DNA of 64,000 nt, taken from the NCBI GenBank assembly GCA_964420405.1, contig CAYQTL010000004.1:71706-135705 (forward strand), read 5' to 3'. The position numbers were made by a program, and so were the translations under genes. Origin of the DNA: an uncultured Thermoanaerobaculia bacterium. Its GTDB lineage: Bacteria > Acidobacteriota > Thermoanaerobaculia > Thermoanaerobaculales > Sulfomarinibacteraceae. The notes under the pieces were generated by a model. The model had not been told where the DNA came from. It saw only the letters and a program-made list of their open reading frames with translations, and searched no databases. Below, piece by piece: positions 25,934-35,071 of the stretch. Each line of letters opens with the position of its first letter. Position 1 is the first letter of the stretch.

Positions 25934-27133
25934 TCACCTTCCGGCGAGGGCGACGACGGGGTCGAGCTTCGCGGCCCGGCGCGCCGGCACGACACCGAAC
26001 ACGAGGCCGACCGCCACCGACACCGCGAGCGCGGCGCCGATCGCCCAGCCCGGGGGCGCCGCCGGGAAGCTCGGCCAGATCCCGACCAGCAGCCTGACCA
26101 CCGCCCAGCCGCCGGCGAGTCCGACAAGGCCGCCCGCGGTCGACAGCACCGCGGCCTCGGCGACGAACACCCCCAGCACCTGCGCGGTGCTCGCGCCGAG
26201 CGCCTTCAGCAGGCCGATCTCTCGCCGCCGCTCGGCCACCGCCACCAGCATCACGTTCATGATCCCGACCCCGGCCACCGTCAGCGACACCGACGCGATC
26301 GCCGCCAGGGTGAGGGTCAGCACCCGCAGGATCGAGGACAGGGTGTCGACCACCGCGTCCTGGGTGATGACGGTGACGTCCTCGGCCCGATGGCGTTCGG
26401 CGAGCAGGGCGACGACCGCCTCGGCGCCGGCGTCGAGCTCCCGCTCGGAGCGCAGCTCCACCAGGATCCGGAACAGGGAGCTGCGGTCGAACATCTGCAT
26501 CGCGGTGCGCACCGGCACCATGACCAGGTCGTCGAAGTCGAAGCCGAGGGAGCGGCCGCGCGGCGCCAGCACGCCCACCACCCGGAACCGCCAGTCCCCG
26601 ATCCGCACCACCTGGCCGAGCGGGTTGCGCGCCCCGAAAAGCTCCCGCGCGACCTTCACCCCGAGCACCACCTCGGTGCCGCCGCGGTCGGGGTCGCCCG
26701 GCGTCAGGAAGCGGCCGGCGCCGACCTCGAGCCGCCGCACCTCGAGCAGCTCGGCGGTGGTCCCCAGCACCGGCACCGCACGGCCCCGCGAGCGCCACTG
26801 GACGGTCTCGGTGCCGGTGGCGAGCGGCGCGGCCCGGGCCACCATCGGGAGTCGCGTCGCCACCGCCCGGAAGTCGTCGAGCGTGAGATCGTGGGTCGTG
26901 CCGCCGAACGGCAGCACGCCGGTGGTCTCGACCTTGCCGGGGATGACGATCAGCAGGTTGCTGCCGAGGGAGGTGAACTCCTGGACGACGTAGCGCCGGG
27001 CGCCTTCGCCGAGGGCGGTCAGCGCCACCACCGCCGCGATCCCCACCGCCACCCCGAGCATCGACAGCCCGGTCCGGAGCCTGTGGCCGGTCAACCCGCC
27101 GACGGCGAATCCAATGAGGTCGCCGGGCCGCAT
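25934..27133 (-). CDS. ABC transporter permease, MacB/FtsX family
   Basis: 399 aa (MRPGDLIGFAVGGLTGHRLRTGLSMLGV...). 1-nt start/stop overlap with the upstream ATPase gene. Confidence 0.85.
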   Translation of the reverse strand: MRPGDLIGFAVGGLTGHRLRTGLSMLGVAVGIAAVVALTALGEGARRYVVQEFTSLGSNLLIVIPGKVETTGVLPFGGTTHDLTLDDFRAVATRLPMVARAAPLATGTETVQWRSRGRAVPVLGTTAELLEVRRLEVGAGRFLTPGDPDRGGTEVVLGVKVARELFGARNPLGQVVRIGDWRFRVVGVLAPRGRSLGFDFDDLVMVPVRTAMQMFDRSSLFRILVELRSERELDAGAEAVVALLAERHRAEDVTVITQDAVVDTLSSILRVLTLTLAAIASVSLTVAGVGIMNVMLVAVAERRREIGLLKALGASTAQVLGVFVAEAAVLSTAGGLVGLAGGWAVVRLLVGIWPSFPAAPPGWAIGAALAVSVAVGLVFGVVPARRAAKLDPVVALAGR

Positions 27134-27825
27134 CAGCTGCGCTCCACGATGGCGCCGTCCTCCATCACGATGCGGCGGCGTGCGTGCTCGGCCACCCGCG
27201 GGTCGTGGGTCACCAGCACCACCGTCTGGCCGGCGGCATGCATCCGCTCCAGAAGCGCGATGACCTCCTCGGCCGACAGCCGGTCGAGGTTCCCGGTGGG
27301 CTCGTCGGCGAGCAGCAGCGCCGGCTCCATCACCGTCGAGCGCGCGATCGCCACCCGCTGCCGCTGGCCGCCCGAGAGCTGGTCCGGCCGGTGGTGCGCC
27401 CGGTCCGACAGCCCTACCCGCTCGAGCGCCCGGTCCGCTCGGGCGCGGCGCTCCGCGGCGGGAACGCCCGCGAACAGCATCGGGAGCTCCACGTTCCGCC
27501 GGGCGTCGAGCCGGGGAAGGAGGTGGAAGAACTGGAACACGAACCCGATGTCGTGGCGGCGCAGGCGGCTGCGCTCGGCGTCACCGAGGGCCGCGACGTC
27601 CTGGCCGCGGAGCCGGTAGGTGCCGGCCGTCGGACGGTCCAGACAGCCGAGCACGTTGAGCAGCGTCGACTTGCCCGAGCCCGACGGGCCGATGACGGCG
27701 AGGAAGTCGCCCGCGTCGATCGTCAGGTCCACCGCCCGCATGGCGTGGACCTCCGAGCCGCCGACGCGGTAGGTCCGCCACAGACCCTCGAGCTCGATCA
27801 GCGGCTCGCCGCCGGGCGGGGTCAC
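27133..27825 (-). CDS. ABC transporter ATP-binding protein (MacB/LolD-like)
   Basis: Track ORF 27133..27909, trimmed to GTG 27825, which lies 1 nt after the adaptor gene stop. Walker A GPSGSGKST. Signature LSGGQRQRVAIAR. Walker B LLLADEPT. Confidence 0.85.
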   Translation of the reverse strand: MTPPGGEPLIELEGLWRTYRVGGSEVHAMRAVDLTIDAGDFLAVIGPSGSGKSTLLNVLGCLDRPTAGTYRLRGQDVAALGDAERSRLRRHDIGFVFQFFHLLPRLDARRNVELPMLFAGVPAAERRARADRALERVGLSDRAHHRPDQLSGGQRQRVAIARSTVMEPALLLADEPTGNLDRLSAEEVIALLERMHAAGQTVVLVTHDPRVAEHARRRIVMEDGAIVERS

Positions 27826-27826
27826 G

Positions 27827-28966
27827 TCAGCCGTCGTCCCCGGCGGGAGCCGCCGCCACCCCGGGCCGCACCTGCGTGGAGCCGCGGACCAGCACCACGC
27901 GCTCCCCAACCTCGAGACCCTCCAGCACCTCGACCCAGTCCCAGCTGCGCAGGCCCGTCCGGACCGTCCGCTCCTCGAGAACGCCGTCGGCGAGCACCAG
28001 CGCCGAGCCGCCGCCGCCGACCGCCGAGGCCGGAACGCGCAGCACGTCGTCGCGCCGGTCGAGCACGATCTCCACGTCGGCCGAGGTCCCCGGCAGCAGG
28101 CCGGCGACCGCCTCCTCGAGCTCGACCTCGACCTCGACCGTCCGGTTCTGCTCGAGCTGGTCGAGCACGTACGGCGCGATCCGCGATATGCGCCCGGCCA
28201 GCACCGCGTCGGGCCGCGAGTCCACCGTCACCCGGACCGGCATCCCCACCGCCACGCGCTCGGCGTCGATCTCGTCGATGGGCGCGCTGACGTACACCGA
28301 GCGGGGGTCGAGCAGGTCGATCACCGGCGGGATCGGGACTCCCGGCGGCGACGGCGTGATCCACTCGCCCACCTCCGTCGAGACCTCCGCCACGATGCCG
28401 CCGAACGGTGCCGCGAGACGGGTGAACGAGAGCTCCACCTCGGCGGCTTCGACCTGCGCGGCGGCCTCGGTGACGGTGGCACGGGCCGCGGCGCACGCCG
28501 CCGCGGTGCGGTCGCGGTCGGTGCGCAGGGCGTCCAGCGCCTGGTTCGACGCGATACCGCGCTCGTGCAGAGCCGTCGTCCGGTCCAGCTCGACCCGCGC
28601 CAGCTCGGCAGCCAGGCACGCCTCCTCGGCCCGCGCCTCGGCCGCGGTCACGCGGCGCCGCGCGAGCTCGAGCTGGGCCCGCTGCGCACGGTCGTCGAGG
28701 CCCAGGAGCAGGTCGCCCGCCGCGACCCGCGCCCCCTCCCGGTGCGGCAGCGTCGTGACCAGGCCTCCGATCTGCGGCGACAGCCGCGCCCGGGTGCGGG
28801 CCTGCACCGTGCCGGCCCGGGTGTTGGTCACCGTGGCCTCGACCGGGCCGCGCGCGACCTCCTGCACCCGTACCTCGACCGGCTCGACGCGCAGCAGCCC
28901 CCACCACACGCCGAACGCCACCGCTGCGAGCACGACCGCCACCACCAACCAGCGCAGCCATCTCAT
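27827..28966 (-). CDS. Efflux periplasmic adaptor subunit (HlyD/MFP family)
   Basis: 379 aa. N-terminal TM MRWLRWLVVAVVLAAVAFGVWW. Coiled-coil hairpin region and beta-barrel C-terminus typical of MFPs. Confidence 0.85.
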   Translation of the reverse strand: MRWLRWLVVAVVLAAVAFGVWWGLLRVEPVEVRVQEVARGPVEATVTNTRAGTVQARTRARLSPQIGGLVTTLPHREGARVAAGDLLLGLDDRAQRAQLELARRRVTAAEARAEEACLAAELARVELDRTTALHERGIASNQALDALRTDRDRTAAACAAARATVTEAAAQVEAAEVELSFTRLAAPFGGIVAEVSTEVGEWITPSPPGVPIPPVIDLLDPRSVYVSAPIDEIDAERVAVGMPVRVTVDSRPDAVLAGRISRIAPYVLDQLEQNRTVEVEVELEEAVAGLLPGTSADVEIVLDRRDDVLRVPASAVGGGGSALVLADGVLEERTVRTGLRSWDWVEVLEGLEVGERVVLVRGSTQVRPGVAAAPAGDDG

Positions 28967-29093
28967 GACCGTGGATTGTACGGCCGCCGCGGTCGGAAGA
29001 TGTTGCGGGTTCGTGACAGGAGTGGCTCGTTCGCGTCCACGCCTCGCGGGATCCGATCAGTGCCGCCTGCTCTGCTACCCTTCGCCGACGGCG

Positions 29094-30461
29094 ATGGAGG
29101 ACGGCATGACCGAAGGTCGCTCGACGTGGCGCTTCCCGCGCGCCTTCTGGACCGGCAACGCCGCCGAGCTGTTCGAGCGGGCGGCGTACTACGGGACATT
29201 CATCGCGCTGCGGACCTACCTGATCCGGGTGGTGGGTCTCGACGACGTCCAGGCCGGCTGGGTGGCGGCGCCGTTCGCAGCGCTGATCTACCTGCTGCCG
29301 TTCTTCACCGGCGCGCTGGCCGACCGGATGGGGTTCCGGCCGGCGCTGGCGCTGGCGTTCGCGCTGCTGACCGTCGGCTACGGCACGCTCGGGGTGTTCT
29401 CGACCCTCGGGCCGGTGCTGGTGGGCCTCGCGCTGATCGTGATCGGCGGCGCGTTCGTCAAGCCGGTGATCACCGGCACCGTGTCGACGTCGTCGGACAC
29501 CGCCAACCGCGCGAGAGCGTTCTCGATCTTCTACATGGTGGTGAACATCGGCTCGTTCACCGGCAAGACGATCGTGGCCCCGATCCGGATCGAGATGGGG
29601 GTCGAGAACGTGCCGTGGTTCTCCTCGGCGGCCAGCTTCATCGCACTGCTGCTGGTGCTCGTCATCTTCCGTCCCCCGTCACGTGACGACGTGCGGCCGC
29701 GCAACATTCGCGAGACCCTGGACGGCATGTGGCTCGCCATGTCCAACGTCCGGTTCCTGCTGCTGATCCTGATCACGGCCGGCTTCTGGGCGATCCAGGG
29801 CCAGCTGTACGCGGCGATGCCCGACTACGTGCTGCGGATGGCGGGTGAGACCTACAAGCCCGAGTGGTACGCAAACGTCAACCCCTTCGTGGTGGTGCTC
29901 TTCGTCGTCGCCGTCACCCAGTGGACACGGAGGTGGAAGCCCCACAACTCGATCCTGATCGCGCTCGGCCTGATCCCGTTCTCGGCGCTGTCGATGGCGC
30001 TGTCGGCGTTCTTCGAGGGGCCGATCGGCGCGTTCGGGATGGCGTTGCACCCGATCACGGTGATGATGGTGATCGGCATCGCGATCCAGGGCATCTCCGA
30101 GTGCTTCCTGAGCCCCAAGTACCTGGAGTTCGCGTCGATCCAGGCGCCCGACGGCAAGGAGGGGGCGTTCCTCGGCTTCGCCCACATGAACACGTTCTTC
30201 GCGTGGCTGTTCGGGTTCGTGCTGTCGGGCTACCTGCTGGAGGCGTACTGCCCGGCGCCGTCGACCCTCACCCCCGAGCTGCAGGCCGCCCACGCCGCCT
30301 GGCTCGCCGGAGCCGGCCCGATGCCCGAGGCGTACGCGAACGCCCACTACCTCTGGTACGCCTACACCGGCATCGGCGTCGTGTCGTTCATTCTCATGGT
30401 GGTGTACGTGGTGGTCACCACCCGGATCGACCGCGACACGGCGTCGTCGCCGGGGGTCTGA
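29094..30461 (+). CDS. Proton-dependent oligopeptide transporter (POT/PTR2, MFS)
   Basis: C-terminal part of track ORF 27876..30461. POT motifs ELFERAAYYG and FTGALADRMGFR. About 12-14 hydrophobic segments. Start at ATG 29094 or ATG 29106. Confidence 0.85.
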   Translation: MEDGMTEGRSTWRFPRAFWTGNAAELFERAAYYGTFIALRTYLIRVVGLDDVQAGWVAAPFAALIYLLPFFTGALADRMGFRPALALAFALLTVGYGTLGVFSTLGPVLVGLALIVIGGAFVKPVITGTVSTSSDTANRARAFSIFYMVVNIGSFTGKTIVAPIRIEMGVENVPWFSSAASFIALLLVLVIFRPPSRDDVRPRNIRETLDGMWLAMSNVRFLLLILITAGFWAIQGQLYAAMPDYVLRMAGETYKPEWYANVNPFVVVLFVVAVTQWTRRWKPHNSILIALGLIPFSALSMALSAFFEGPIGAFGMALHPITVMMVIGIAIQGISECFLSPKYLEFASIQAPDGKEGAFLGFAHMNTFFAWLFGFVLSGYLLEAYCPAPSTLTPELQAAHAAWLAGAGPMPEAYANAHYLWYAYTGIGVVSFILMVVYVVVTTRIDRDTASSPGV

Positions 30462-30488
30462 GAACCGGTCTCGCCGGATTGCGTATCT

Positions 30489-30509
30489 CCCCGTGACAGG
30501 CTCACGGGG
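30489..30509 (+). terminator. Hairpin ccccgtga-caggc-tcacgggg downstream of the POT gene and 8 nt before the pspC-like start
   Basis: Perfect 8-bp inverted repeat read directly. There is no T-tract, so function is uncertain. Confidence 0.35.
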
Positions 30510-30516
30510 GATCGAC

Positions 30517-30738
30517 ATGACCACCAACCCGCTCGTCCGCTCACGGTCCGACCGGATCCTGGCCGGCGTGTGCGGCGGCTTCGCCCGCTGGCTCGGATGG
30601 AGGCCGCTCACGTTCCGCGTGCTGTACGTCGTGGTCTCGATCCTCTCCGCGGCGTTCCCAGGCATCCTCGTCTACCTGGTGCTGTGGCTGGTCATGCCCC
30701 AGGAGCCCGCCGACGGCTCCGAACCGATCCGGCCGTGA
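30517..30738 (+). CDS. PspC domain-containing membrane protein
   Basis: Track ORF 30493..30738, trimmed to ATG 30517. Contains RSRSDRILAGVCGGFARWLGW, the typical PspC motif, followed by a TM helix. Confidence 0.75.
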   Translation: MTTNPLVRSRSDRILAGVCGGFARWLGWRPLTFRVLYVVVSILSAAFPGILVYLVLWLVMPQEPADGSEPIRP

Positions 30739-30795
30739 CGCCGTTAACCGGACCAGGCCTCGCCCGTTGAAGGGGTGAGCGCAACGGAGGTTCCC

Positions 30796-31329
30796 ATGCG
30801 ACGGATCGCGATTGCCGCAGCCATCCTGGCCCTCGCCGCCCTGCCGGCGGCGGCCGACACCCCGGCCCGCTGGATCAACGTCCACGTCACCGAGGCGTCG
30901 TCCAACGCCAACGTCGAGGTCCACCTGCCGCTGAGCCTGGTGGTGTCGGTGCTGCACGGCATCGACGTCGACGAGTTCCGCGGCGGCAAGATCCGGCTCG
31001 ACGTGGACGACGTCGACGTCGACTGGAACACCATCATGGCCGAGCTCGCCGACGCGCCCGACGGCAGGTTTGTCACGATCACCTCCGACGACGCCGACGT
31101 CGCCATCCGCAAGGAGGCGGGGTTCATGTACATGCACGTGGACGAGAAGGGTGGCGACAACGCGAAGGTCGACGTCACCGTCCCCGTGTCCATGGTCCGC
31201 GCCCTGACGATCGACGAGAACAACGAGCTTGACGTGGCGGCGCTGCTCACGAGCCTCGACGAGCTGCCGGACGGCGAGCTCGTGCGGGTCAGCTCGAACG
31301 ACGCGAACGTCCGGGTCTGGATCGAGTAG
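30796..31329 (+). CDS. Secreted hypothetical protein, tandem paralogue A
   Basis: Track ORF 30775..31329, trimmed to ATG 30796 (GGAGG upstream). Signal peptide MRRIAIAAAILALAALPAAA. Aligns with the next gene product. Confidence 0.6.
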   Translation: MRRIAIAAAILALAALPAAADTPARWINVHVTEASSNANVEVHLPLSLVVSVLHGIDVDEFRGGKIRLDVDDVDVDWNTIMAELADAPDGRFVTITSDDADVAIRKEAGFMYMHVDEKGGDNAKVDVTVPVSMVRALTIDENNELDVAALLTSLDELPDGELVRVSSNDANVRVWIE

Positions 31330-31333
31330 ACCG

Positions 31334-31873
31334 ATGCGCGAGCGAGGGATCTCGTCGGTCGGCGCCGCGGTGCTGGCGGGCCTGCTCGGGCTCGCCACCG
31401 CCACGGCGATGATGGACTGGATGGTGGTGGACGTCCGCACGGGCGGCGAGGACGCGACGCGGATCGTGGTGCCCTTCCCGCTCGTGGCGGCCGACATCGC
31501 CCTCGGCTTCGTCCCACCGGAGGCGCTCGAGGAGGCGGAGCTGCCCGCCGAGGTCGGCGCCCAGCGCGAGGCCATCCTCGGCGCCGTCCGCGCTCTCGCG
31601 GACGCCCCCGACGCGGTGCTGGTCCGCGTCACCGAGCCCGGCACCGAGGTGCTGGTGGCCAAGGACGGCGACACGCTGACGATCACCGTGGACGAGGGCG
31701 AGACCCACGTCCGGTGTGCGATCCCGATCCGCGCGGTTCGGGACGTGCTCGAGGACTGGGACTGGCAGCGGGTCGACCCGCAGATGCTGCTCGACGTCGT
31801 CCACGCCGCCGGCCCTGGCACCCTCGTCCGCGTCGACGACGGCGACACCCGCGTCGCCATCCACACCTGGTAG
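31334..31873 (+). CDS. Membrane-anchored/secreted hypothetical protein, tandem paralogue B
   Basis: C-terminal part of track ORF 31229..31873, starting at ATG 31334, 5 nt after the previous stop. Shared blocks ADAPD...V.V/I, GDxxxV.V and a C-terminal G.LVRV...D..V.I. Confidence 0.6.
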   Translation: MRERGISSVGAAVLAGLLGLATATAMMDWMVVDVRTGGEDATRIVVPFPLVAADIALGFVPPEALEEAELPAEVGAQREAILGAVRALADAPDAVLVRVTEPGTEVLVAKDGDTLTITVDEGETHVRCAIPIRAVRDVLEDWDWQRVDPQMLLDVVHAAGPGTLVRVDDGDTRVAIHTW

Positions 31874-31994
31874 CGTGCCCGCCTGACGGCGCGCACGCCC
31901 TGCGGCGACGGCCGACACCTCGGATCCTCTCCCCCGTCTCCACGAGCCTGCGGAGCACGCGAGTACGCACCGAGGGAATCGTCCGACGGTTCCC

Positions 31995-32255
31995 TCAGTG
32001 CGAGCACTCGATCGAGAAGCGGTAGATGTCGCCGTCGCGCCTCATGTCCTTCAGGTCGACCGAGACGAGCTCCGGTGAGGCCGCGAGCCGCGACAGGAGG
32101 TTCGCGACCGCCGACGGCAGGTGGACGACCGGTCGCAGGATGCCGCTCGCGAAGGGTGCCAGACACCGGTCGGACACGGCCAGCCGGATCCGACGCCGGA
32201 CGCCGAGCCGGCGGCGCCACCGCTCGGCGAGCGCGCCGGCAGGACGCGGAGGCAC
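31995..32255 (-). CDS. Small hypothetical protein (weak call)
   Basis: 3' part of track ORF 31995..32558. Third-position GC is very high over the last ~70 codons (…ILRPVVHLPSAVANLLSRLAASPELVSVDLKDMRRDGDIYRFSIECSH). The start must lie below 32319 because of the well-supported plus-strand gene. In-frame GTGs are at 32255 (GAGG upstream) and 32264. Confidence 0.3.
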   Translation of the reverse strand: MPPRPAGALAERWRRRLGVRRRIRLAVSDRCLAPFASGILRPVVHLPSAVANLLSRLAASPELVSVDLKDMRRDGDIYRFSIECSH

Positions 32256-32318
32256 GGACGCCACCTCGCTGGCGCCGGGACCGGGACCGGATCGTCCGAC
32301 AGTGCTACTTTTCGCCCG

Positions 32319-33005
32319 ATGGAGATCGGGTACGCGGAGGTGGACCGGGAGCGGACGCCGCTCGGGGAGCTGGTGCTGCGGCGGTTCCGGGCGGAGACCG
32401 GCGAGGAGGGGTTCGAGATCCTGCTCGACGGGGCGTTCCTGATGGCGACCCACGGCAGCCACAGCGAGCGGCTGATGGCGCGGCTGGCCTGGGAACGCCT
32501 CGCGGAGGGACGACGCACCGGGCTCGCGGTGCTCGTCGGCGGGCTCGGCGCGGGCCACACCCTGCGGGCGGCGCTCGACCTGCCGGGCGTGGCGCGGGCG
32601 ACGGTGGCCGAGATCGGGCGCCGGGTGCTCGAGTGGAACCGCGGCCCGCTGTCGCCGTTCAACGGCCGCGCGGTCGAGGATCCCCGCGTCGAGGTCGTGG
32701 TGGCCGACGTCCGGCGGCTGCTCGGGGACCGGCCGGGGAGGTTCGACCTGGTTCTCCTCGACGTGGACAACGGCCCCGGCTGGCTCGCGGCACCCGCCAA
32801 CGCCGCCCTGTACGGGGGCGCCGGCCTGGCGGCCTGCCGCGCCTCGCTCCGGCCCGGCGGCGTGGTCGCCGTGTGGGCGCCGGCGCGCAACCCGGACCTG
32901 GAGCGCGGTCTCGCGCGGACGTTCCCCTGGTGGGAGGCGGTCGACACCTCGCCGGAGGGCCGCATCGAGGGAGAGCCCGGCATGGTCGTCTACCTCGCCG
33001 GATGA
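32319..33005 (+). CDS. Spermidine synthase-like SAM-dependent transferase
   Basis: Track ORF 32121..33005, trimmed to ATG 32319. SAM-binding VLVGGLGAGHTLRAAL. Also DLVLLDVDNGP. Confidence 0.7.
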   Translation: MEIGYAEVDRERTPLGELVLRRFRAETGEEGFEILLDGAFLMATHGSHSERLMARLAWERLAEGRRTGLAVLVGGLGAGHTLRAALDLPGVARATVAEIGRRVLEWNRGPLSPFNGRAVEDPRVEVVVADVRRLLGDRPGRFDLVLLDVDNGPGWLAAPANAALYGGAGLAACRASLRPGGVVAVWAPARNPDLERGLARTFPWWEAVDTSPEGRIEGEPGMVVYLAG

Positions 33006-33059
33006 GGGGCTCTCGTGGCCGGACCGTCACCGCCGCGGCACCCCGCGCCGGCCCGTCTG

Positions 33060-34229
33060 TCACCGCACCGCGAGCAGTGTGCCGAGGGCCTCCAGGGTGC
33101 CGACGTAGTCGACCCGGTACACGAGGGACGCGACGCCGTCGGTGATGATGCCGTCGAAGGTGACGGCCTCGACGCTCGCGCCCGGAACGTCTTCGCTGCC
33201 GCCGCGCACGCGCCCGTCGGGACCGATCTGGAGCCGCAGCTCACCGAAGGTCGGCGACGTGCCGACGAGCTCGACCCCCCATGGCCCGAAGCTGCCGAGC
33301 AGCACGTCCTGGGGCGGGTCCGAGCCCCCGAGCACCGGCCCGCCGAGGTCGAGCTGGAGCATCGCGGCGCCGGTCGCGGGCGTCAGCGACAGGTTGAGCA
33401 CCGCCGACCCGTTGCTGCCGAAGCTCTGGTTGACCCACTCCCCGACGTAGCTCCCGGCAAGACCGCCAGCTTCGAGCTGGCCGACCTCCGCCGAGGTGGC
33501 CGACAGGGTCAGCGGGTCGCCGCTGCCGGCGTCGATCCGCGAGCCCACCACCCACGCCGAGCCGTCGCGGATCTCGACATCGGCGACCACGTTGCCCGGC
33601 GTCCCTCCGACCACCTCGGTCAGCGGCAGGTACACCGCCTCCCAGGGCTCGGCGAGCAGCGACTCCGTTCCGATCACAGTGCCGAACGGCTGGCGGGCGA
33701 CGACCCCGAGCTCGGCGCCGCGGGCGCCGGCGACCACGAACAGGTTCGAGCGGGCGTCCGCGCCCTGCCGCAGACCGGCGACCGTCACGGTCCGCCCGGC
33801 TGCGACCGCCCGGCCCGCCGCGAGGGCGTCGAAGCCCTGGCCGAAGGTGGTGCCTCCCAGGAGGTTGTAGATCCGGCTCGTGGCCGCGACCGGGCGCGGG
33901 GCGACGACGCGGACGGCACCGGCTCCCTCCTGCAGCCCGAAGCGCTCCAGCACCACGTCCTCGAGCACCGCGGTCGCCCCGCCGAGCAGCGTCAGCGTCC
34001 GCGTCAGCGGCACCGGGTTGGCGACGCCGCGCTCGAGCCACTGCAGCTGGACCGTCATCGTCTCGTCGCTCGGGTTGGTGACGAGCAGGTCCATCCGCCA
34101 CACGGATCCGCCGGCGCCCGGGCCCCGCGCCGCGGCCGGGATCACCAGCTCGGTGGCGAGCTCCGCCGCGCCCGCGAGAGATGCCACACCGCACAGGACG
34201 AGGACTGCCGCGAGCCGCGATGAGCGCAT
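33060..34229 (-). CDS. Secreted hypothetical protein
   Basis: 389 aa with a signal peptide (MRSSRLAAVLVLCGVASLAGAAE) and a coherent, non-Arg-rich composition. N-terminal motif VIPAAARGPGAGGSVWRMDLLVTNP. Confidence 0.65.
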   Translation of the reverse strand: MRSSRLAAVLVLCGVASLAGAAELATELVIPAAARGPGAGGSVWRMDLLVTNPSDETMTVQLQWLERGVANPVPLTRTLTLLGGATAVLEDVVLERFGLQEGAGAVRVVAPRPVAATSRIYNLLGGTTFGQGFDALAAGRAVAAGRTVTVAGLRQGADARSNLFVVAGARGAELGVVARQPFGTVIGTESLLAEPWEAVYLPLTEVVGGTPGNVVADVEIRDGSAWVVGSRIDAGSGDPLTLSATSAEVGQLEAGGLAGSYVGEWVNQSFGSNGSAVLNLSLTPATGAAMLQLDLGGPVLGGSDPPQDVLLGSFGPWGVELVGTSPTFGELRLQIGPDGRVRGGSEDVPGASVEAVTFDGIITDGVASLVYRVDYVGTLEALGTLLAVR

Positions 34230-34722
34230 CCGGACCTCCAGTCGGCGGCGGTCGCCGCCGCCCCCGATGATACTCGCCCGGTCACGTCGCCGGGACGGCG
34301 CCGGCCGCGCGGGTGATCCCCGTCACCAGGACGGCGGGCGAGTCTCCGTCGGACCCCCTTCGGACCCGAGTGACCGCCGCCGGACGGTTCGCACCCCGCT
34401 CCGGGCTGCGGCTCGAGCCGTCGCCGGCGATCGGGGATCGCACCCCGTTGCGCCGGCCGCCCTGCGGCACAGATGCCGGCCGGCCCTCCGTGGCTGCGGA
34501 CGCGATGTCCTCCGTGGGTGTCGCGGGGTGTCACTTCGGGAGGCCGATTCGGCACGCCGACCGGTCCGCGGGTCCCGCGGTATCCTGGAGATGGACCTGC
34601 AACCGGGCGCAGTCGGCCGGGGTCGCGCGGCGCGATGGTAACGGCACGTCTGTTGCACCGTTATGCTGGTATGCGGGTGTGACTCCGGCGGTGGCCGACT
34701 GCGCCGGACAGCGGGGCGAGGC

Positions 34723-34935
34723 ATGGAGACGCCGACGACAACGCGGAGCTCGGGCAGCGCCGGAGAGGTGGCGCCGCGCGTGGTGATCTTCGAGGAGAAC
34801 ACCGGCGCCCGGGTGGAGGTGCTCGAGCTTCCCTCGACCACGCACCTCGGCGCGGTGTTCCACCACAGCGGCCACACCTGGAGAATCACCGCCACGAGGT
34901 CCCACTCCCGGGTCCTGTTCGCAGAGCCGACCTGA
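34723..34935 (+). CDS. Small conserved hypothetical protein (70 aa), paralogue of 11474..11659
   Basis: Track ORF 34663..34935, trimmed to ATG 34723. About 20 identities over 54 aligned positions with the 11474 protein, counted by eye. Confidence 0.5.
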   Translation: METPTTTRSSGSAGEVAPRVVIFEENTGARVEVLELPSTTHLGAVFHHSGHTWRITATRSHSRVLFAEPT

Positions 34936-35071
34936 CGGTCCCGGAGGTGGTGCGGCGGCGCCCGGCGGTCACCTGAAGCGCCGCACGCCTGAACCTCGGC
35001 ACACGATCGTCGTATAGGCGTTGGAAGCGACCGCGCGGCCGATCGGTTCGCCATGTATGCCGGGAGATCAG

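Noticed and set aside
34620-34660. taacgg-N13-ccgtta inverted repeat and tatgct-like hexamer upstream of the small ORF/ABC operon, considered as an operator/promoter
   Set aside because: The half-sites are only 6 bp, there is no second copy in the window, and no adjacent regulator gene. This is too weak to call.
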